A stretch of DNA of 64,000 nucleotides from an uncultured virus (IMG/VR IMGVR_UViG_3300008110_007658) (lineage: Duplodnaviria > Heunggongvirae > Uroviricota > Caudoviricetes). The notes under the pieces are model-generated. The model made no database searches. It was not told the DNA's origin and saw nothing but the letters and a program-made list of their open reading frames with translations. The stretch lies in the IMG/VR virus record IMGVR_UViG_3300008110_007658. The stretch is one strand, 5' to 3'. This document shows, one piece after another, positions 9,935-19,570 of the stretch. Numbering within the stretch: position 1 is the first letter of the stretch; the number at the start of each line of letters is the position of its first letter. A program made the translations under genes and the position numbers.

Positions 9935-10462
9935 TCAAACAGAAACGGTTTCCCGCACAGTAGATTTTACATAGTCATAAACCTTTTCTGGAGTAGTCTC
10001 CTCATAAGGATCAGTGTCTGCATTATCACGCTGACCTGCTTCAACGAACAGTTTTTCAATAATGCCGTTTTCTACCACAGCAGCGTAACGCCAACTGCGC
10101 TCACCGAATCCAAGATTCGACTTGCTAACGAGCATACCCATTGAACGGGTGAAGTATGCGTTTCCATCAGGAATTAATTGTACATTTTGAATGTTTTGAT
10201 CTTGTGTCCAAGCATTCATAACAAATGCATCATTCACAGAGATGCAGTAAATAGCATCAATACCAAGTGCATGAAACTCTTCAAACTTCTCTTCAAATCC
10301 AGGAAGTTGATATGCAGAGCAAGTAGGAGTAAATGCACCAGGTAGTGAGAAAATCACAACACGCTTATCATCAAAAAGTTCTGAGGATGTACGAGTTACG
10401 AATTCTCCAGACTCACGAAAGGTAAATTGAACTTGTGGAATTTGATAACCTTCTTTACGCAT
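9935..10462 (-). CDS. peroxiredoxin (Prx5/type II)
   Basis: FSLPGAFTPTCS, ISVNDAFVMNAW, RSWRYA. Confidence 0.93.
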   Translation of the reverse strand: MRKEGYQIPQVQFTFRESGEFVTRTSSELFDDKRVVIFSLPGAFTPTCSAYQLPGFEEKFEEFHALGIDAIYCISVNDAFVMNAWTQDQNIQNVQLIPDGNAYFTRSMGMLVSKSNLGFGERSWRYAAVVENGIIEKLFVEAGQRDNADTDPYEETTPEKVYDYVKSTVRETVSV

Positions 10463-10473
10463 TTTAACCTCCA

Positions 10474-10593
10474 TCAGAATACGCCAGGAATAATTTGACC
10501 AGTGGTGAGATAAGAACCAGTAGCGGCAATAAATCCAATCATTGCTGCCCAACCGTTAATACGCTCAGCGCGTTCAGTAAAAAGATTTTTCAT
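10474..10593 (-). CDS. hli: high-light-inducible protein
   Basis: MKNLFTERAERINGWAAMIGF...TGQIIPGVF, read manually. Confidence 0.9.
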   Translation of the reverse strand: MKNLFTERAERINGWAAMIGFIAATGSYLTTGQIIPGVF

Positions 10594-10865
10594 TTTGTTT
10601 CTCCTTGATAAGAATGGTGTTGTTTAAGTTCAGGATTGGATTGGGAAGAAACCACAGGGTTTCTGGTTTTATTTTTGATGACGATAAATGCATCATTCTG
10701 ATAAGTTATAGTTCCGTATGGTTTCGCCCACTTTGGATTGGCATCTGGGTGGGTAGCAGTTCCTGTTGCTGCCACACCGCCAATTTCTACCACAATTTCA
10801 TCATCACGATCCCAGTTAAGTTCTTGAAGGGCAAGACTAAGTTGCCCCAGCATTCCAGCACTCAT
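10590..10865 (-). CDS. hypothetical protein
   Basis: 91-aa ORF in hli operon. Confidence 0.65.
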   Translation of the reverse strand: MSAGMLGQLSLALQELNWDRDDEIVVEIGGVAATGTATHPDANPKWAKPYGTITYQNDAFIVIKNKTRNPVVSSQSNPELKQHHSYQGETK

Positions 10866-10951
10866 CAGTAAGTTTCTGCGACTTTCTCTACAGCATAACT
10901 CAGAAGTACAAAGAATGCAACTCCAGTGAGTGTAAAGATTACTTCAGACAT
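10865..10951 (-). CDS. small membrane peptide
   Basis: MSEVIFTLTGVAFFVLLSYAVEKVAETY; TGATG coupling on both sides. Confidence 0.55.
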   Translation of the reverse strand: MSEVIFTLTGVAFFVLLSYAVEKVAETY

Positions 10952-11160
10952 CAGAATACACCGAAGAAGAAGTTACCTGTAGCAGCATAAGAAATAATAC
11001 CTGCTACAAAACCCAGCATTGCCCAACGACCGTTAGCAAGTTCTGCTCGTTCGTTATGTGTCATCATCCCATACTTAATGGCATCAGCATCAGAAATGTA
11101 CATTTGCGGTTCTCGGGCAAACATATTCTGTTGCCCACGCTCATTAGTCGTTACAGTCAT
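10951..11160 (-). CDS. hli: high-light-inducible protein
   Basis: AELANGRWAMLGF motif. Confidence 0.92.
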   Translation of the reverse strand: MTVTTNERGQQNMFAREPQMYISDADAIKYGMMTHNERAELANGRWAMLGFVAGIISYAATGNFFFGVF

Positions 11161-11187
11161 TTTCGTTTTATTACGAATTGTTACACA

Positions 11188-11216
11188 ATTATATAGGAAA
11201 AAGAAAGGGGTGTCAA
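11188..11216 (-). promoter_or_regulatory. consensus sigma70 promoter of hli operon
   Basis: TTGACA-17-TATAAT. Confidence 0.85.
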
Positions 11217-11249
11217 GCACCCCCCGTGTATCCGATTTTACAGATTAGA

Positions 11250-12767
11250 TTAGAACTTAAAGGTTGTCTGAACCAGAGCACCGAAGGTATCAAGACCATC
11301 AGTACCAGTAGGATTGCTCAAATAGAACACAGCAGGAGTTACAGCGATTTTATCGGTAACTTGCATCTTGTAATATGCTTCAAGTGCATAGTTGCCATCT
11401 TGAGCATTTACATCATTCTGCTTGGTAACAAAGGTAGGTTGTCCGACTGCAAATCCAAGAGCATTACCCTTAGCGAGTACATCCTTCCAAACCAAACCAG
11501 TATACCAAGACTGAGAAATAGTATCACCACCTTCAGTATAACCAGAGTTATTATAACCCCAACCAGCAGAGATTGAAGGAATAATACCAGAGGTGGAAGG
11601 TTGCCAGTAACCAGCAAGAGAGAACGAGTTAGTCTGACCACCAGTTGCACTATTAGGAAGTGCAGAAGTCAGAGTAGGAGTACCTTGAATACTTACACCA
11701 TTGTTGGAATAAGTATAGGCACCAGTCAGGTTCCAGTTCTTAGTGGTATAAGCAAGTTGAGCAGTGGTAGAAGCAGCAGAGTTGCCGTTGAACATACCAC
11801 CCTCAGCACTATCACCCTTGTCTGCATCACCAGCAACATAGGCACCGCCAAGGGTCCAAGCACCTTTCTTAACCGAAGCACCGAAACCACCACCCAGAAC
11901 CTTGCTGTAGGCACCAGGAGCACCGTTGAACTGGAAGATGTTCAGAATCTTATCAGCGGTGTAAACAGAAGGCCACACAGGCAGAATGTCATCCTGACGA
12001 ACACGAGGACCAGCAGTAATGGTTACATCCTTACCAGCAGGGAACTTGTAGTAAAGACGATTAATTGCAACTACATCACCACCGTCAGCACCACCAAGAT
12101 TTTCTTGGAAACCAGCATCCAGTTTGGTGAGGGAAGTAGGTGCAGCACCGAAACCACTGTCATCAAAGTTACCAGCACGAAGTTGAGTACGCAGCAGGTC
12201 TTTACCAGTGAAAGAAGTATCCAGGTTCAGTTTCACATCATAGTTGAAGGAAACTGCTTCACGGAGAGCATCATAATCATTCTTACGATCGCCGCCATAA
12301 GACAGACCACCCAGAACCCACTTGGTTTCACCACGCAGTTTGGTGGTGGTGGAGAATTGAGTTGCTTCCAGAGCACTAACTTGTGCTTCTAGTTTATCAA
12401 CACGACCACGAATTACTGCAAGTTCAGCAGCAAATTCTTTTTGAAGACGATTGAGTTCATCAGTTACTTCAGTTACACGGTCAAGGCAAGCATTCAGAAG
12501 TGCTGCTGCCTCATAACGAGTCATTGCCTTACCACCACCATAGGTGCCGTTAGGATAACCTGCTACGCAACCATAACGCTCTACGAGGGCAGAGAGTGCT
12601 CCATATGCCCAATCAGTAGGTTGCACATCAGAGAATTGAGTGACGCTTGTTGCCTGCTCAGCAGAGTATTGATTGACTGCTGCAATATTAAGGTCTGCGG
12701 CATTCGCAACAGCAGGAGCAATCATTCCCAGAGCAACGGGTGCAAGCATCAGTTGTTTGAGTTTCAT
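11250..12767 (-). CDS. cyanobacterial porin (SLH domain + OprB-type barrel)
   Basis: Signal peptide, FSDVQPTDWAY...YGCVAGYP SLH, QFSTTTKLRGE, C-terminal TTFKF. Confidence 0.93.
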   Translation of the reverse strand: MKLKQLMLAPVALGMIAPAVANAADLNIAAVNQYSAEQATSVTQFSDVQPTDWAYGALSALVERYGCVAGYPNGTYGGGKAMTRYEAAALLNACLDRVTEVTDELNRLQKEFAAELAVIRGRVDKLEAQVSALEATQFSTTTKLRGETKWVLGGLSYGGDRKNDYDALREAVSFNYDVKLNLDTSFTGKDLLRTQLRAGNFDDSGFGAAPTSLTKLDAGFQENLGGADGGDVVAINRLYYKFPAGKDVTITAGPRVRQDDILPVWPSVYTADKILNIFQFNGAPGAYSKVLGGGFGASVKKGAWTLGGAYVAGDADKGDSAEGGMFNGNSAASTTAQLAYTTKNWNLTGAYTYSNNGVSIQGTPTLTSALPNSATGGQTNSFSLAGYWQPSTSGIIPSISAGWGYNNSGYTEGGDTISQSWYTGLVWKDVLAKGNALGFAVGQPTFVTKQNDVNAQDGNYALEAYYKMQVTDKIAVTPAVFYLSNPTGTDGLDTFGALVQTTFKF

Positions 12768-12833
12768 AAAGTTTTTTATTTGTACTATAGGATAAATGTT
12801 AAGAATTACAACTGAATTCTTAAGTACTTATTT

Positions 12834-12862
12834 AGTATAGAGGATTTCTTTTTGAATGTCAA
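12834..12862 (-). promoter_or_regulatory. sigma70 promoter of porin, overlapping late-like CTAAATA
   Basis: TTGACA-17-TATACT. Confidence 0.75.
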
Positions 12863-13668
12863 GGATTTTCTTGGGTAGCAGAGTTTTCTGTGATACGACC
12901 TAGATAAGGATCATAATTCATATAGTCTCGAATATCAATATTTGCTCCATTTTGCTCCCAAAAATTTGATAGTGCCTTATAATTTCCTACATGGAAAGCG
13001 TCAATATGCTCAGGATGAATTGAAGAACCCAACTCAATTCTATAGAGTAAGAGAGGAATTGAGTAAGTATTCCCAGAATTATAAATCAAATCATCAGCAA
13101 CTGGACGAGGTTTAACTCCATTGTCAAGACGATACTTATCACCCTTGACATGAAATCTCAACAATTTTTCTGCATGATGACGATTAATCAAATAGCAAGC
13201 TGTAGAAAAATCATTTACAAATCTCTTGTGAAGCTTAACATGAATATCTCCGGTGCAAATAATTGCAATTTGCACAACATCCCAATCATAAGGAATATGT
13301 GCATAAAAATCGTCCCAAGTAAAATTCCAATACTTGACAAGATCTAAATTACAATCATCCTCCATAATGATTGCATAAGGACTATCAGATGTCTCATACC
13401 AGTGCTTAATTGCTTTCAGGTGAGAAGTGATACATCCAATCTCACCAGAAGTCATCATCTCAGGATAACGACCGGATAAAATATCACTCAAATCATCATC
13501 TCTACCATCATATGCAGAGATACGATTATAGTTTTCAATTTCCCAATATTTAAACTGAGATTCCATATACTCTTTCCTTTCAGGTTGCCCATCAAGGTTT
13601 AAGTAATAAATTGGACCTATATTATTGAGTTTGTATGTGGATTTATTTTTATCGTTTAATTCAAACAT
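12859..13668 (-). CDS. glycosyltransferase family 25
   Basis: YYLNLD..PERK, GEIGCITSH, IIMEDD. Confidence 0.88.
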   Translation of the reverse strand: MFELNDKNKSTYKLNNIGPIYYLNLDGQPERKEYMESQFKYWEIENYNRISAYDGRDDDLSDILSGRYPEMMTSGEIGCITSHLKAIKHWYETSDSPYAIIMEDDCNLDLVKYWNFTWDDFYAHIPYDWDVVQIAIICTGDIHVKLHKRFVNDFSTACYLINRHHAEKLLRFHVKGDKYRLDNGVKPRPVADDLIYNSGNTYSIPLLLYRIELGSSIHPEHIDAFHVGNYKALSNFWEQNGANIDIRDYMNYDPYLGRITENSATQENP

Positions 13669-14377
13669 GATATTTGGAATTATTTTTTGCTAAGTGTACT
13701 ATCTTTGGTTCAAATTCACAATACTCCGCAAATACTTCTGGATATGCATACTCAGAACCTAGAACATTAAGATGTTCTTTATTTTCAATGAAGAATTTAT
13801 TTAAATGACTCTCATCATGCCAAACAGCAATTACATTATTCTTTAAATCAATATTGACTCGCTGCTCAAGTTCATTAATCATTTCAAGAATATCTGGAAC
13901 TTTTCCTCCCCAAAGACAACCTTGATAGTATACAGATAAATCATCATCCTCAATTATATGGGCAACTGAAAGTGGATTAGTCTCAAACGCTCCAGGATAT
14001 TGATTGTGTGGAGGCATTTGTAGAAAATGGCAAGGATGATGCACACCAAAAAATGATTTTTCATTGTTGAAAAATTGTTCTTCAGTAATTGTATCAACTA
14101 CCAATGCATCTGCATCAATAAAGACAAACCAATCATTCTTTGCAATTTCTTCCTTTGCCTTTTGAATAATCTCAAATCTTTTAAGAGTAACATAAGGCCA
14201 GTCCAGATGTTCTTGCTTATATACCTTTACATCTTTAGGAAAATCACCTTCTCCATCTGTAAAAACTAGAAAAGTTTTTTCACTATTAGGCAGAAAATAC
14301 TCTCGAATATTCTCATAATACTTTGGAAGAAAATTTAAATATTTTCCAGTTCCAATAAAACAAATAGCAACTTTCAT
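13661..14377 (-). CDS. glycosyltransferase family 6
   Basis: IGTGKY, FIDAD, YYQGCLWGG, AVWHDESHLNK. Confidence 0.92.
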   Translation of the reverse strand: MKVAICFIGTGKYLNFLPKYYENIREYFLPNSEKTFLVFTDGEGDFPKDVKVYKQEHLDWPYVTLKRFEIIQKAKEEIAKNDWFVFIDADALVVDTITEEQFFNNEKSFFGVHHPCHFLQMPPHNQYPGAFETNPLSVAHIIEDDDLSVYYQGCLWGGKVPDILEMINELEQRVNIDLKNNVIAVWHDESHLNKFFIENKEHLNVLGSEYAYPEVFAEYCEFEPKIVHLAKNNSKYHV

Positions 14378-15171
14378 CAAATAACCATCCAAGTTTCAGG
14401 AATTAAATCTTTAGTATCTAGGTGCTCATTATTCGAACCAAAAAACCACCCAGACGGAGCAATAACTTTATTATTCTTCGCCAACCAAGCACCCCACCAG
14501 GAGAATGAAGAATTTGCAATAATATGTCCTGAACAAAGAGTCATCAAACACAAATCAACATAGTTTGTATTTCCCTCAGCAATTAAAAATCTATCACTAG
14601 AAAATAACTGCTGCTCATTACACCACTTAGGGTCATCAGAGAAAACAAGAACTGGAACTTCACTATCAAATTGCTCTAGTGCTTTTTGATAATATTCTAA
14701 CCCAAGTGCAGTATGATTTGGATTTGTAATATAATCAGTTCTACGAATATGCAAGGCAATTGAAGATTTATCCAATTGAGATATCATTTCCAAACAAGGA
14801 GTTAGAATTTCATCTCTAAATCCAAAGTCTTGTTTAATTTCATCTTCGATGTGCTTAAAGTATTTCTCTGACTGAAAAAATCCCTGAATAGAAACCCAAT
14901 CAGGACATTCATTAAATAACTTTTCGTCAAAAGAAAAACTACCCTCAGAAATAGTTGGTCTATCCAAATCAATGAATTGGACATTTAGTTGAGTAGTATT
15001 ATTCAACTTAAATGGATTGAATAGTTGATGGTCTACCCATTCATCTTGATTTTTTGTGGGGGGAAAACAATATTCATACCCCATATTCCTAGCAATACCT
15101 TTAAGAGCAGCAAATTGAAACATCTGATTTCCAAGTCTGCCCATCTGACCTAGTGCATTAAATCCAATCAT
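14377..15171 (-). CDS. alpha-1,2-fucosyltransferase (GT11)
   Basis: GRLGNQMFQFA, GFFQSEKYF, HIRRTDY, NSSFSWWGAWL. Confidence 0.93.
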   Translation of the reverse strand: MIGFNALGQMGRLGNQMFQFAALKGIARNMGYEYCFPPTKNQDEWVDHQLFNPFKLNNTTQLNVQFIDLDRPTISEGSFSFDEKLFNECPDWVSIQGFFQSEKYFKHIEDEIKQDFGFRDEILTPCLEMISQLDKSSIALHIRRTDYITNPNHTALGLEYYQKALEQFDSEVPVLVFSDDPKWCNEQQLFSSDRFLIAEGNTNYVDLCLMTLCSGHIIANSSFSWWGAWLAKNNKVIAPSGWFFGSNNEHLDTKDLIPETWMVI

Positions 15172-15185
15172 TTTATAAATGGCAA

Positions 15186-16133
15186 TTAATTAGTTTGAAT
15201 TATTGTTTCGACATTTGGAAGATAGTGGGTTTTAATAATATTAACCCAATCAAATTCTCTCGAATACTCTAAAATTTCCTCACGGTTGTTTATAGAATAA
15301 TTTCTATTTTCAATAATTTTTTCTTCAACATATGCAATATCCCCAACCTTACTTTCAGGAATAATTGTAATAAATTGTTTTGATTCGTCTAGATTTGCCT
15401 TACCCCATTCAGTAACAACAACACCTAAACCAGCAGATAATGCTTCCATACAAACAAGAGGATGTGCTTCACCGTCGCTTAGAAGAACGAGATTGCCATA
15501 ATCTGTTAGTTGATTGTGAAGTGTTAGTTTATCCCACTCACCAAGATAGTTTTTAGAAACATCAAATCTAGAGTCTGCATTGTTACCAGCAAACCACAGA
15601 CTCTCAATAGATTGGAACATATGCTGACGCTTACGATAATCAATCTTAGCAAGATAGATTGAGCGATCAGAATGTTTTGGAGTATTGGTATATCTAAATG
15701 CCTCACAATTAACACCATTTGGAGTTACAAAAAGTTTCTCCTCAGGAATATTCATCAAGATTTTATATACATTCTTAATTCCTGTAGATAAACAAAAAAC
15801 ATTTGGTTTAATCTGTCCAAATGCATTTGCAATATTTACATATCCACCAAACATTTCAGGTCTTTCAAGATACCCAAAGTGACTTGTAATTGCCTTTGGG
15901 TATTGGATATATGGATAAACTCCAATAAATTCATCATAATGAACATGAACAAAGTCAGGTCTAAATGAATTTATTTCGTTAATAATCTGATTAGGGTCTT
16001 TGGTGTTCACTATTTGAACTTCATGACCCAACTTTTTAAGAGCATTTCTTGTGTCCCAAACAAGAATTTCTACTGCACCCCACCCTGTAGGTGGAATTGG
16101 CATAATCCCAGGACCAACTAAAGTAATTTTCAT
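15186..16133 (-). CDS. GT-B glycosyltransferase (GT4-like)
   Basis: IPPTGWGAVE, VTPNGV, EAHPLVCMEALSAGL. Confidence 0.85.
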   Translation of the reverse strand: MKITLVGPGIMPIPPTGWGAVEILVWDTRNALKKLGHEVQIVNTKDPNQIINEINSFRPDFVHVHYDEFIGVYPYIQYPKAITSHFGYLERPEMFGGYVNIANAFGQIKPNVFCLSTGIKNVYKILMNIPEEKLFVTPNGVNCEAFRYTNTPKHSDRSIYLAKIDYRKRQHMFQSIESLWFAGNNADSRFDVSKNYLGEWDKLTLHNQLTDYGNLVLLSDGEAHPLVCMEALSAGLGVVVTEWGKANLDESKQFITIIPESKVGDIAYVEEKIIENRNYSINNREEILEYSREFDWVNIIKTHYLPNVETIIQTN

Positions 16134-16939
16134 CTCTTACCCAACTCCTCAAACAATGCCATATGCTTACCATTATGACGCTCAAAAACTTCAAAATCAT
16201 CTGGATATTGTTTAAGAATATATCCAAGAGCAATTTGCTCATTATTCACAAATCCATCACCAATCATTTTATTCAAGAAAGTATTTTCAATTTCTGTTGA
16301 TACTTTTTGAAGTGCATTGGATGTACCACCAAACATAGAGCCAAGTACATATGATCTATTATCCAGAAGATAACTCTTAGGAAGAATAGATGCATTTGCA
16401 AGATCTTTGTAATATTCCATATTCATTTGTATAAGGAATTTATCTCCCATACCCTCCAATGCTTCAAGAGCATTCTCACTCGGATATTCTAAATCCAAAT
16501 CATATTGACCAAAGAACCTAGACCCGCCAGCGTCCATCCAAAAGAAAAACTTACTATCAAAAGGATTTTCTTCAATTGCCTGAGATATCCATTTAAACTT
16601 GGAATATTGAACAATAGAATACATTGAGTACTGGCATTCAATTCTATCTGGGTCAGAAATCTTATTTCGATATTCTTCAGTAGAAATTAATACATCCAAC
16701 TGGTCTTTAAGATAATAATAAGGTATCTCCTCAATCTTTTGGGAAATTACTTTGGTAGGAAGATTACCTCTTTTTTCTGCAATAAAATCAACAAGATCCT
16801 CAGTGACAAACAGAATCATTGGACATTTTAATTTGAGAGTGATTTCGAACCAGTCAAGATAGTCTTTCCAGGTTCTACCGTCCATACCTTCTCTTTGAAT
16901 ATTAAAGAGAGAGGAAACTATAACAAAATCTTTATTCAT
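16130..16939 (-). CDS. HtrL/YibB (WlaTC)-like glycan-modifying protein
   Basis: AIEENPFDSKFFFWMDAG, GSMFGG, NNEQ motifs. Confidence 0.7.
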   Translation of the reverse strand: MNKDFVIVSSLFNIQREGMDGRTWKDYLDWFEITLKLKCPMILFVTEDLVDFIAEKRGNLPTKVISQKIEEIPYYYLKDQLDVLISTEEYRNKISDPDRIECQYSMYSIVQYSKFKWISQAIEENPFDSKFFFWMDAGGSRFFGQYDLDLEYPSENALEALEGMGDKFLIQMNMEYYKDLANASILPKSYLLDNRSYVLGSMFGGTSNALQKVSTEIENTFLNKMIGDGFVNNEQIALGYILKQYPDDFEVFERHNGKHMALFEELGKR

Positions 16940-17666
16940 AATAAACTTTAAATTGATGAACTAATGGATTGGGTTTTGAGTGCCAGTTTGCGTCTCTGTT
17001 ACACTCTATAATTTCAGGATTAAATGTTTCTTCTTCTCCTACAAGTGCGAATAGAGTTGGGAGTAATAAATCATGAGCAAACATTGCATAATACTCCATT
17101 GATAACCTATCAAGGATTGTTATATCAGATTTTAGCACATTAAGTGCTTTAAGGAAAGTCTTTGCTTCAAAGATTGCAGGAGTTGCCCCCCAACAATCTA
17201 TAACTTTCGATTTACCAACTGAGGATAAAACTTTTTTAAATCCATCAGGAAGACCACTATTGATTCTAGACCCTAATAACTTCACTCCTTTAGGAATAGT
17301 AAGTTTTCCTCTCACTAAGGCATCTGGGTCTAACATTAGAATATAATCAGTTTTGCAATATTCTATTGCTCTTTCCAATCTATCCAAAACTGCGAGAGCA
17401 CATTTTTTAATTGCCATCTGATTTTCCTCTTCCCTAAAATTACCAGTTACTTGGTCACCAGTAATTTTAAATGTGGCAGACATTGTATCTTCTTCTAAAG
17501 ATACAAATATATTACCATCAGACTCTTTTAAATAAGAAAAATCCAATCCCCCATCAGATACAAGATAGATTGGAGAATCTGGATAGTACTTTCTTAATTC
17601 AGATAGAGAATATTCTACCGCTTTCTTTTCGGTATAACAACTATAAAAAAATCCAAGACTACTCAT
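16932..17666 (-). CDS. putative GT-A glycosyltransferase
   Basis: IYLVSDGG and ILMLDPDAL (DxD) within glycan island. Confidence 0.6.
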   Translation of the reverse strand: MSSLGFFYSCYTEKKAVEYSLSELRKYYPDSPIYLVSDGGLDFSYLKESDGNIFVSLEEDTMSATFKITGDQVTGNFREEENQMAIKKCALAVLDRLERAIEYCKTDYILMLDPDALVRGKLTIPKGVKLLGSRINSGLPDGFKKVLSSVGKSKVIDCWGATPAIFEAKTFLKALNVLKSDITILDRLSMEYYAMFAHDLLLPTLFALVGEEETFNPEIIECNRDANWHSKPNPLVHQFKVYYE

Positions 17667-17668
17667 AA

Positions 17669-18634
17669 CTAAAGAATTGATAATAAACTATGTATTCTGT
17701 TGATGTAAGTATGATTTTCTTTAACATACTGCATACCTTTTAAAATGAGATTATAATTTTCTTTGTTAGAAATTCCATCATAGAAAAGTTGTTCAGTATC
17801 TTGATTATAGATACAATTTCCATCAAGTTCTTCATAGAGTGCTTTTGAATTTGTTAAACCAAGATGCCCATAACTGATATTCTTAAATAATCTACAAGTT
17901 AAAAGACCTTGCTTCAAATGCTGCGGTCCACGAATATCAATACCTAGAAGAGATTTTTTTGCTCTAGTAATAACTTCCTCAGTGGAAAGTGGATTTGCCC
18001 AAGGGTCATTATGCACAAATCCAATACTATTTTCCTGACACGCTTTTATAAAAGGAATAAAGTTGGAATAGTTTTCACAAACTCCATGGCCAGAAATTGT
18101 ACCAGAGTAATATATCACATTTTCTCTTTCTAACCGAATATCATTTTCATTAAACTCATCAGGAAGAATGTTGGTTGCCCAACTAATATAAACCTTATCA
18201 TAATCATCCATTTCATAATCAACATAATCATTGTTGACTCTTACTTTTCTTGATTGCTTAGGGTCAAAATAGCAGGCAGGTCCAAGTTTGATTGCCTTTG
18301 TTTTGTCCAAAGAATATTCTTGAATATGATCTTTAAAATTAACAGCAGACATCCTTATATCAACATACCTCTCCGCATTTTGATATTTAATCGGAGAAGG
18401 GCAATACATTATAAAGTAGCAACTACTATCATTGATTGGAAGGTTTTTGTCAGCAAATCCCTCCCCAATAAACAAAGAATTACTGTAATCAAAGTCTTCT
18501 GGATAATCTCCATCGTGAAACCAATACACATCATATCCAAGATGTTTAAATGCCTTGTAGTAAGCATCATGAACATATGAATGTGTATGGGAATAAAGAG
18601 GATGTCCCCAAATAATCACCTTAGAATACTTCAT
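17669..18634 (-). CDS. putative glycosyltransferase (GT-B-like)
   Basis: CRLFKNISYG...VKENHTYINRI C-terminal pattern. Confidence 0.6.
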   Translation of the reverse strand: MKYSKVIIWGHPLYSHTHSYVHDAYYKAFKHLGYDVYWFHDGDYPEDFDYSNSLFIGEGFADKNLPINDSSCYFIMYCPSPIKYQNAERYVDIRMSAVNFKDHIQEYSLDKTKAIKLGPACYFDPKQSRKVRVNNDYVDYEMDDYDKVYISWATNILPDEFNENDIRLERENVIYYSGTISGHGVCENYSNFIPFIKACQENSIGFVHNDPWANPLSTEEVITRAKKSLLGIDIRGPQHLKQGLLTCRLFKNISYGHLGLTNSKALYEELDGNCIYNQDTEQLFYDGISNKENYNLILKGMQYVKENHTYINRIHSLLSIL

Positions 18635-19566
18635 TTTAAACTATCATAGCAAGTATTTTCAGTAAACCACCGATAAGTTTTAACGAGTCCCGAAAGAAGA
18701 CTATGCTTTGGTTTCCATCCAAGTTCAGACATCTTTGAATAATCTAAGGGACGATTAGGAGTTCCATTTGGACGGGAAGAGTCCCAATTAATTACACCAT
18801 TATACCCAACAACCGCTGCAACAGTTTCTGCGAGTTCTTTGATACTTACATTATATCCAGAACCAACATTAATCAACTCAGCATTTTCAAATTTATCCAT
18901 TGCAAACAAACACGCATCTGCAAGGTCATCAGAATAAAGAAATTCCCGCATAGGAGTTCCATCACCCCAAAAAGTCACATTCTTTCCATTAGAATTATTA
19001 AACTTAGTCATCATCGCAGGAATTACATGCCCATTTTCTGGATGGAAATTGTCACCAGGACCATATAGATTTGAAGGCATAAGAGATACGGACTTAAACC
19101 CATACTGCTTACGATATGCCTGAAGCATTTTGATTCCAGAAATCTTAGCAACAGCATATGCATCATTAGTAGGTTCGAGATATCCAGTAAGAAGAGATTC
19201 TTCTTTTACAGGAACTTCTGCATACTTAGGATAGATACAAACTGACCCAAGAAACAAAAACTTCTCTACACCATATTTCCAAGAACTGTGAATCAAATTA
19301 GTTTGTATTTGAATATTCTCGTAGATGAAATCCCCAGAGAATGTATCATTTGCATAGATTCCACCTACACGAGCAGCAGCATCAAACACATATTCTGGTT
19401 TTTCCTTTTCAAAGAAATCCTCAACATCTTGTTGATTGAGAAGATCAAGTTCCTGACGGGTTTTTGTAATAATATTCTCATACCCACGATCCTTAAGGGT
19501 TCTGACAATAGAAGAACCAACAAGACCTCTATGGCCAGCTACAAATATTTTAGAGTCTTTTTTCAT
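18631..19566 (-). CDS. fcl: GDP-L-fucose synthase
   Basis: VAGHRGLVGS, AAARVGGI, FLGSVCIYPK, YAVAK, NLYGPGDNF. Confidence 0.95.
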   Translation of the reverse strand: MKKDSKIFVAGHRGLVGSSIVRTLKDRGYENIITKTRQELDLLNQQDVEDFFEKEKPEYVFDAAARVGGIYANDTFSGDFIYENIQIQTNLIHSSWKYGVEKFLFLGSVCIYPKYAEVPVKEESLLTGYLEPTNDAYAVAKISGIKMLQAYRKQYGFKSVSLMPSNLYGPGDNFHPENGHVIPAMMTKFNNSNGKNVTFWGDGTPMREFLYSDDLADACLFAMDKFENAELINVGSGYNVSIKELAETVAAVVGYNGVINWDSSRPNGTPNRPLDYSKMSELGWKPKHSLLSGLVKTYRWFTENTCYDSLK

Positions 19567-19570
19567 AACA

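Noticed and set aside
11601..12392. 263-aa plus-strand ORF
   Set aside because: Antisense shadow of the codon-biased porin gene
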